64,000 bases of DNA from the NCBI GenBank assembly GCA_951406725.2, contig OX597819.1, forward strand, positions 32,426,001-32,490,000, written 5' to 3'. Each line of letters begins with the position of its first letter. The first letter of the stretch is position 1. The DNA is from Octopus vulgaris. Its lineage: Eukaryota. Positions 55,255 to 64,000 of the stretch are shown here, piece after piece. The translations under genes were made by a program, and so were the position numbers. The notes below the pieces were generated by a model. The model made no database searches. It had not been told where the DNA came from and saw nothing but the letters and a program-made list of their open reading frames with translations.

Positions 55255-55465
55255 TTAGTCATTAGAGTTGCAGTCATTAGAGTACGGCCATTCTGGGCAC
55301 CGTCTTGAAGAATCTTTTAGTCGAAGGAATCGACCCCTAGTATTACCTTTTTTCTTTTTATCTTGTACATATTCTATCGGACTCTCTTTGCTGAACCGCT
55401 CAGTTACAGCTACGTAAACAAGACAACACCAGTTGTCATGGGATGGTCAGTGACAAAGACAGACA
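55255..55465 (-). mobile_element. SINE family A, diverged 3' half
   Basis: Reverse complement similarity to 11520-11700. Confidence 0.7.
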
Positions 55466-55491
55466 CACAGGCACACACACTTCTGTGCGTG

Positions 55492-55543
<52 letters not shown>

Positions 55544-55938
55544 CATATATATATATATATATATATCGATGTATAAATACATACATGTATATATGTATGT
55601 GTCTGTATACTGTATATATATCAGCGTGATCACCGTGACCGACCAGGCTATCAGATGTTGCTACACATCGATGGCCACAATGCGCTTGACATTGTTTTAG
55701 CCTGCAAATGATGCCACCCCGCTTGCTAAGCGAGCAGGCCATATATATATATATATGTATGTATATATATACTGTATATACATACATACAAACATACATA
55801 CATACATACAAACATACATACATACATACATACATACATACATACAAACATACATATATACATACATACATACATACATACATACATACATACATACATA
55901 CATACATACATACATACATACATACATACATACATACA

Positions 55939-57141
55939 TTATGGCTGCCCCCTCGTTATCGAGTATGGCCATTGCACGAAGCTTAACTGTTTCTGGTGCT
56001 GTGATCGAATGTGACTTTTTAGCCCAGCTAAAGATCTACAATGTCTTGTACAAAATTGGCAATTAAAACCTTTACTGGTAATAGCCGGCTGTAGTTGTAA
56101 CTGGGCTTCATGTACCTTTGCATGTCGTTTAAGTCCTCCTGTCGAATTACACTCTCTTCCACATGCCCGACATATATGATTAATATGGTGTGTTGTCACT
56201 CATCTGTCTCGTTTTATGACTACGAATATGACTTTTGAGTGCAGCTTTACTGAGGCAGGGTCTTGCACAGACATTGCATGTCAGCATCAAAGGAAGATCC
56301 TTCCCTTCTGGAAGTGTAACAGCGATGCCTTTCCTGACATCCCTCCTTACTTTCTCACGTGCAACTCGAGATTTCTCAAAAGTGGCTGTCCCCTCATGCA
56401 CAATCCTTCTCCACCTGCTACGATCAATAGCTATGCCTTCCCATGTGTCAGGAGAGATGCAAGCATCTCTTAAGGAAGCCTTCAGCAAGTCCTTATACCT
56501 CTTTTTTGGTTTATGTGGAGGTCGTTCTCCTTTAGCTAACTCTCCATAAAAGAGTTGTTTTGGCATCCTTCAATCCTTCATCCTGACCAGATGACCACTC
56601 CATCTGAGCCTTTGCTTTAACACAAGAGCTTCTATACTTTCACACCGAGAGCCTTCCAATATTTTAAGATCACTGATGCGGTCCTTCCACTTAATGCCAT
56701 AGATCCGTCTGAGTACGTCTGATGGAAACGTTCCAGTTGTTTAAGGTGGTATCGATATGTGACCCACGTCTCGCAGGCATAGAGAAGAGAAGGGAGCACA
56801 CATGCCTTGTACACCTTTATCTTTATCTTTCTGCATATGTCTCGCCGACTCCAGAGGCGCTTTTCTAGCCTTCCGAAACCAACACTTGCTTTCCTAATTA
56901 TATATGGAATTTCATCATCCAAATTGCCATATCTATTAATAGTGCTTCCCAGGTAGACAAACTAATCAACTACATCAAGTCGTTTACCATACACATAGAT
57001 ATTTGGTACACTATACTGCTTACCAGGGGCATGCTGATGCATGACAACAGTTTTCTTGAGATTGACTGTCAATCCTAAGGCAGTGCAAGCATCAGAGAAT
57101 GCATTCAAAATGTGTTGTATATCAATCTCTGTGTGTGCTAC
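55939..57141 (-). pseudogene. 5'-truncated RTE-clade LINE: RT C-terminus, thumb and three C2H2 zinc fingers
   Basis: GLTVNLKKTVVM, FVYLGS, KVYKACVLPSLLYACETW, LRWSGHLVRM, MPKQLFYGEL, DRSRWR. Fingers CNVC..H..H, CRAC..H..H, CQFC..H..H. Two stops and two frameshifts. (TATG)n tail. Confidence 0.95.
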
Positions 57142-57186
57142 ATACATACATACAAACATACATACATATATACATACGTACATACG

Positions 57187-57282
<96 letters not shown>

Positions 57283-57556
57283 GGCATATATAAAGGCATA
57301 ATCGTTAAAACACCCCATTATCCTGATTTGCTTTTTGTGAAACATGTTTCTGTTGTTTATACATTTTCTGCAATACTTGGGGTATGGTTAATTAGTAAAA
57401 TATGTTGTTTTTGTATGAAAATATATCAATTTTGACTATTTTGGCTATGGAAAAAAAAAGAGCAAAAAAGAACTAAATACAAAAAAATAACACTCATAGG
57501 AAGAGTTGTAGGAGGAGGAGGAGGAGCAGAAGTAGATGATGATGATGAGGAGGATT

Positions 57557-57610
<54 letters not shown>

Positions 57611-58572
57611 GGGATGATGATGATGATGATGATAGCGGTGGTGATGGTGAAGTGGCGGTGATGATGGTGATGATGAGATTGATGGTATTAACGATGACAA
57701 CGGTGATGATGACGATGGAAGGGAGTAGAAAGAGAGAAGAAAAATAAAAAGAAGAGGAAGGGGAGGCGGAGCTGGAGAAGAAGAAGATGATGATGATGAT
57801 GTTGATGAGGATGACGACGACGACGACGACGATGATGATGATACTGGTGGTGATGATGATGATGGCGTCGGTGGTGGGGATGATGATGATAGTGGTGGTG
57901 ATGATGAGGAGGAGGAGGGGAACGACTACGACGACGACGGAGACGATAATGTTGAAGTGATGATGATGGCGATGATATTGATATTGATGGCGGTGACGCC
58001 ATTTTCGAGATGGTTCTGATGATGATGATGATGATGATGATGATGCAGTACACTAACAAAAAACAAAAACAAAAACAAAATAGGAAAAAAAAAAGAGTGG
58101 GGAAAAGGGTGAGGAGGAACCTTGTAAAGCGCTTTTTATCGAATTAGAAGACGTTAAAAATAGGAAACCATAGTTGGAGCCATATATTTCGTATTTTTGC
58201 TTGTTTTTTTTTGTTTTTCTCTCTAACCTTTTCCCTAATTTCTCAGCAATTTACTGCAATGGTAAAATGGAAGCGCTAATCCTAACATGTTGTATAAATA
58301 AATTATGGTTTTTACTTAATTGTTGCTATTTATGCACTTGCGTTATTATTGCAAAGAATCGGGAAGACGGAAATTTACGTGACGTGGAATCAATAGCATC
58401 CATCGATGGGTGATTATGGTTATTTCTACAAAGGCGCATGTTAGTTTCTGGTTCAGTCCCGCTGGGCAGAGCCTCGGGCAGCTGTCTTCTACTGTAACCC
58501 CGGTTCGACCGTAGCATTGTGAGTGAGTTCGATTAATGGAAACTGTGAGGAAGCCCATCGTATATATATATT

Positions 58573-58764
58573 TAAGGGGGTGCTGAAATGTTCCTGGTTT
58601 TGGGCTAAAAGAAAATACCGGAGGATCAGTTAATTACGATTTTATTCAACATTTTCTCTTTTCAGATTTACACACTTATTGCGGCGGTCTTTCTGATTTT
58701 CTAAGCCCTGTAAAAGAACTCAAAATGATGGGCCTCCAACCAGGAACTTTTCAACACGCCCTCG
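58573..58764. mobile_element. Mariner-derived MITE
   Basis: TIRs aagggggtgctgaaatgttcctgg / ccaggaacttttcaacacgccctcg|TA. Confidence 0.75.
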
Positions 58765-58829
58765 TACATATGTATATACGTGTGTATATATCTATATGCA
58801 TCTATTATAAACACACACATACACACAGG

Positions 58830-58861
<32 letters not shown>

Positions 58862-59010
58862 ACACACACACACACATACACACACGCACAGACACGCATG
58901 CACATAAGCCGCGTGCTGACAACTTTTTCCGTCTCATAAAGGTAATCACCCTACCTTTCTCTGCTGTTCTTACAGCTTTACTGCATTCGAAATTTACATT
59001 CTTATCTGTA

Positions 59011-59041
<31 letters not shown>

Positions 59042-59193
59042 TGTATGTATGTATGCATGTATGTATGTATGTATGTATGTATGTATGTATAAACTGAACA
59101 GTGCCAATTCGACAACTGATGAAGAATTATGGACTTTCTGTTTGCCTCCTGTTTGTTTTTACATTCCGTATTCGTTAAGTCGTTTGTTTATAC

Positions 59194-59250
<57 letters not shown>

Positions 59251-59305
59251 TTATGTATATGTATATATGTATTTATGTATGTAAGAATATAAATATATAT
59301 ATATT

Positions 59306-59335
59306 ATTATCATTATTAATAGTAGTAGTAGAAGA

Positions 59336-59397
<62 letters not shown>

Positions 59398-59489
59398 CAG
59401 CAGCAGCAGTATAACTGCAGGTTGCAATGTTTCACCAAAATGGAGATTTTTTGTAGCAATGTATATATAAATGTGTGTGTGTGTGTATA

Positions 59490-59576
<87 letters not shown>

Positions 59577-59580
59577 TCAC

Positions 59581-59622
<42 letters not shown>

Positions 59623-59788
59623 ATATATATATATATCTACATACACACACACACAACACACGTACATATATATATATAATTGTCACGAAATGTGACTAGG
59701 GTGTTAAAAACACCTACATTGCTACAAAAAATCTCCATTTTAGTGAAACATTGCAACCTGCTGTTATACTGCTGCTGCTACTACTGCG

Positions 59789-59863
<75 letters not shown>

Positions 59864-59905
59864 TCTTCTTCTTCTTCTTCTACTACTACTACCAATAATG
59901 ATAAT
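59306..59905. repeat. Inverted duplication including a compound trinucleotide microsatellite
   Basis: Arms 59306-59463 / 59715-59905 share a 55-bp unique core plus (TAG)n/(GAA)n/(CAG)n. Confidence 0.9.
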
Positions 59906-60335
59906 CTCTATATATAAAACTGAAATGCGTTTTTACCGCCTGGTTCGCTTTCAATGCTACCACATCCCGTCCGATTCGCTCCAAAATTTACACGGACATG
60001 TAGAATGAGGTGACGATGCGCGTGGGCTACCTTAGAAATCCCTATCTTAAAAGGTGTGGTTGCTAGGGGCCATCTTCCTACCTCACCCTATTTCCTCCAG
60101 TACTCTGTCACTCCTCTTCATTTGACAATGCAACTACCGTTATTTAATGTAAAGTCTTCCTCAAATCACTCTGTAGCTATTTGCTCTCTTCCAACAACAT
60201 TTTCACTCACTCTATCTCTTACCTTCCTATACATTTTACTCATGTATCTCTCAGCGTTCATGGACAGTAACAAATATTACTCGCCATCCCCATCGCCATC
60301 GCATTCTATTGTCTACCTGTCAACACACACACACA

Positions 60336-60373
<38 letters not shown>

Positions 60374-60477
60374 CATATATCTAATATTATATTTTTATTC
60401 TTATGTTTTTGTTTTTGGTTTTTTACTGTTTCATTTCCCTATTAGTGGTTTTATCTCTAATTTAATTTCTACAGCGT

Positions 60478-60588
<111 letters not shown>

Positions 60589-60831
60589 CACCTATATGTA
60601 GCCCCAGTACACCCGAATGAAATCGGGTTCTCTTCATCAAAATGTGAAAAGGGGTCTACAATTATCATCGCCACAACTTATGTATGTCTTCCTCACTCAC
60701 TCACTCTTTTTCCTAATGATAATTATCATCGCCACCACCAACACACAATCTGGACAATCTTTCTCTTATAACAAATTATGTTTACATTGCAACGACGCCT
60801 GCCACCTCCGCCGTCTCTATTTATTCTGCAA

Positions 60832-60990
60832 ATGACCAGAACTCGGGAAACTTATTTTAGTGTTCTATGTTCTATGACCAGAACTCGGGAAACTTACTTG
60901 ACTGTTCTATGGTCTATGACCAGAAATCGGGAAACTTGGTTGAGTGTTCTATGGTATATGACCAGAACTTGGGAAACTTGGTTGTGTCCT
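60832..60990. repeat. 42-bp minisatellite, ~3.7 copies
   Basis: Unit atgaccagaactcgggaaactt...tgttctatggtct. Confidence 0.9.
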
Positions 60991-61676
60991 CATCTTATAA
61001 AATGTGGCCCCAGTAGACCCAAATGAAATCGGGTTATATTAACCAAAAGGTGAAAAGGGGTATAAATGGGGCTGGAAGGGGATTAAAATTTAAAGGAGCG
61101 GGTGTTTAGCAATTCTCTGTTACATCAAGCTAAAAAATTTGCTCCAGCCTTTTAATCGTCAATGTGTTGCCGTCCATGATGAAGAAGTTTTCAATGCTTG
61201 CCATCGTGAGTCTACTGTCGTGAGAAAGAATCAAGTCAAAACTTGGTTTTTAGGGATTTTCTTTTACATCAAGTTCAAACTTTTACGCCAGCCGTTGAAC
61301 TGTCAATACGTTGCTGTCCGTCGTTAAGAAATGCCAGCCATGGTGACTCTACTATCCTCAAATTCTATCCCTTCAAACTTTGGTTTCCAATATTTTATTA
61401 TTTTTATTCAGCTCGCAAGTTCGTCTGTCCCTTTTAAATGTTAGTGTTTTGCTGTCTGTCTTGAAGCAGACCTTTCCTTTGTAACTGCCTGATATTTATG
61501 ATTGATCTTTCTAAATATTTTATTTCTCAACTTAATCAAGATCTTTTGTTGTTTATAAATGGGAGATAGATACATAAAGATAGAGAGTAAGAGAAAGCGA
61601 GGGAGAGTCCGAGAGAAAGGAAGAGTAAGAGAGTGGGAAAGTGAGAGAGAAAGGAGAAAGAAACAAAGAGGGAGAA

Positions 61677-61995
61677 TCATCATCATCATCATCATCATCA
61701 TCGTTTAACGTCCGTTTTCCGTGCTAGCACGGGTTGGACAGTTTGACAGGGGTCTGGGAAGCCAGGAGGCTGCACCAGGCTCCAGTCTGATCTGGCAGTG
61801 TTTCGACAGGTGGATGCCCTTCCTAACGCCAACCACTCTGTGAGCGTAGTGGGTGCTTTTTTCGTGCCGCCTGCACAGGTGCCAGGGGGGCTGGCAGCGG
61901 CCACGATCGGTTGGTGCTTTTTACGTGCCACCAGCACAGAAGCCAGTCAAGGCGGCGCTGCAATCCGCCACGTTCGGATGGTGCTTTTTACGTGC
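61677..61995 (-). mobile_element. SINE family E with a conserved GTTGGCGTTAGGAAGGGCATCC central domain and (GAT)n tail
   Basis: The central motif resembles widespread metazoan SINE (Meta-type) domains, from recollection. RTE-like tail ggacgttaaacgatgatgat. Confidence 0.7.
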
Positions 61996-62234
61996 TGAAA
62001 GGAAGCAACAGAAAGTAACAACCACACTCTTACCCGCGCGTAGAGCGGGTCACCTTCAGCTAGTAATATATATATTTATATTCTTACATACAAAAATACA
62101 TATATGCGTATTTATATTTTATGGATATATGCATGAATGTATGTATGTATGTATGTATGTATGTATGTATGTATATGCGTGTCTGCGTGTGAGTGTGAGT
62201 GTGTGTGTGTGTGTGCGCGAGTGTGTGTGTTTAT

Positions 62235-62470
62235 TGTGTTTGTCCCCACTCAACTGCTTGAAAACCAGCGTTAGTTTCTTTACACATAGACACACACTCA
62301 CACACACAAACACACACACACACACATCCTCAGCAGTTTCTGCAAAAGAAATCCGTACAATAAGTACTACACTTTAAAAAAATGAGTACTGTGGTTATTT
62401 GTTCGTCGCACACCATTACATGTAGTGCACCAGTATGGCCGTAGTTCAATGACAAAAACTGGTAAAAGTA
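62235..62470 (+). mobile_element. SINE family A, diverged 3' half
   Basis: Similarity to 11520-11710. Confidence 0.65.
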
Positions 62471-62575
62471 AAGGATATGAAATGTCGTTGGGAGAAAAGG
62501 GTCAATTTGAAATATATTTAATATGTTGGCTTAGACGCCATATTCCATACTGTTACCTTTACTGTCGAAATATCG

Positions 62576-63006
62576 GGATCTAGGGGTTTCATATGAAATT
62601 GTCACCCATAATTATGACCCTAGTATCGAGCTATTGAATTTCAATCTGTTTTAGGATTAGGGTTAGTTAGGGTTAGTTAGGATTAGGGTTGGGGTGAGGG
62701 TTAGGCGTGGGGGGAAGGGTATCTTTTTTCTTCACAAATGTAAATAAACCCAATCTGTTTCTTAAACGAGGGACATATTCATACGGCACAGAATGTTTTT
62801 TTTTACTTCAATAGACGTCAGTGATTGGTTGAAGTTGCAGAAATTGAAGAAAAAAAACAACAAATATCTTAGAAACTATAGAATTTTCTCAATAAACCCA
62901 AAAGAAAAATATGTTTTATAAACACATTCTACCAGTATACGAAGTATAAAATTGTTTAGTTACCTAGAAATTATGTTAAAAACTGCCGCTCAAACCGAAA
63001 AGATCC
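62576..63006. mobile_element. Non-autonomous DNA element with internal telomere-like TTAGGG repeats
   Basis: Ends GGATCT...AGATCC. Imperfect 8-bp TSD aaatatcg/aaatgtct. ttagggttag repeats at 62651-62705. Confidence 0.55.
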
Positions 63007-63798
63007 AAATGTCTTTGGAAAGTATCATCTCAGATGTGCGTCATTCTATGCGCTTTTGTCTTTCGCTGGCTCACATCGCATGCGTTTCATAATTTACTGC
63101 CTATTTATAGTGTCACTTGTAAAAAAGATAAAAAATTAAGCTACAATGAATTTTGAATTCATCTTCAGTTGGAAACTTCGTATTTTTCACACCAAGTAAA
63201 ATTTTGTTTAGGATGAATGTATATTCGTTCCGAATCTCTTTGCTGCGCTTTGTTTCCATTTTGTTTATCATATTTTGTAAAAATCACATTGGGTAACTTA
63301 GGGGTAACTTTAAATGCACTTTTTATCTCAAAGATGAACACTGCTGTTAAAGAGGGAAAAATTAAACTTACGACATAGTATTTATTTATATACATATGTG
63401 CGGACATTGCACATGCAAACATACATGCATACATACATATATGCGTACATACTCACATACATATGTGTGTATATGTGTATATATATGTGTGTGTTTATAT
63501 ATGTTTAATAACTTTTTTTTGTCGTATCTAGATTTCCACTGTAAAATTCGATTGAAAATCGGCGCATCCTCTTATCCCTTTCCATGGACATGCCGGCTTT
63601 GTGCCAAAATTTGAAACAACTAATATCTTGACCAAGAACACGACATGTTCTGAGTGACCAAACACGAACCTCTTGCTTCTCATTCTTTTACTGCCATGCA
63701 CCCAACAAACAGACAAAAGTACAACTGTAGTCTAGAAGTTGTAATTTTATAACACTTAATATAAACCAATGAAAAAGCATGGTATAGAAGTTAAATCG

Positions 63799-63999
63799 CT
63801 ACAAAATCTTTCTTGCTGATCGGGCGAGGTAGTTATCTGGAAAGGCATTTCTCATCACCCTTTTCTGCTTAGCGATCGCCGACAGCGGGTATTTGCCTCT
63901 TGGTTCTACAAGGCCGGTGTGTCCTCGATGTGCCGTCACCACATCGTCTGCCCGCACGTGAGCGCCCTCACCTTTGCTGTCGTTGTCGCACTCCGCCGC
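63799..63999 (-). CDS. Possible 3' end of a coding exon extending beyond the window
   Basis: Abrupt GC-rich, non-repetitive sequence. Only one minus frame is open: AAECDNDSKGEGAHVRADDVVTAHRGHTGLVEPRGKYPLSAIAKQKRVMRNAFPDNYLARSARKIL*. No recognisable domain. Confidence 0.4.
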   Translation of the reverse strand, partial: AAECDNDSKGEGAHVRADDVVTAHRGHTGLVEPRGKYPLSAIAKQKRVMRNAFPDNYLARSARKIL

Positions 64000-64000
64000 G

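Noticed and set aside
57494-58059. His-rich ORFs
   Set aside because: (GAT)/(GGT) trinucleotide repeats.

Overview
AT-rich, microsatellite-saturated animal genomic DNA. The SINE repertoire and the (TA)n/(CATA)n density suggest an octopus or other coleoid cephalopod; this is inference only. Almost all ORFs in the track are translations of simple repeats. No complete host gene is visible. There is only a GC-rich open frame running off the right edge (minus strand), one candidate non-coding exon and a motif-rich candidate promoter at about 41.9-42.3 kb. The window is a transposon graveyard: at least five SINE families, a 5'-truncated RTE-clade LINE with three C2H2 fingers, mariner/pogo/hAT-derived elements and a non-autonomous Helitron. 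The most striking hidden structure is a set of about 9 short elements, most embedded in (TA)n tracts and several folded back as long inverted repeats. Eight of them carry minimal type-I hammerhead-ribozyme (HHR) motifs, some intact, some decayed, and one family has a compensatory U3:A8 core. A ninth has no HHR but retains a Penelope-type RT thumb peptide. Together they look like a diverse, TA-targeted population of Penelope-like pLTR fold-back elements. All calls were made by eye and none was confirmed by database search.
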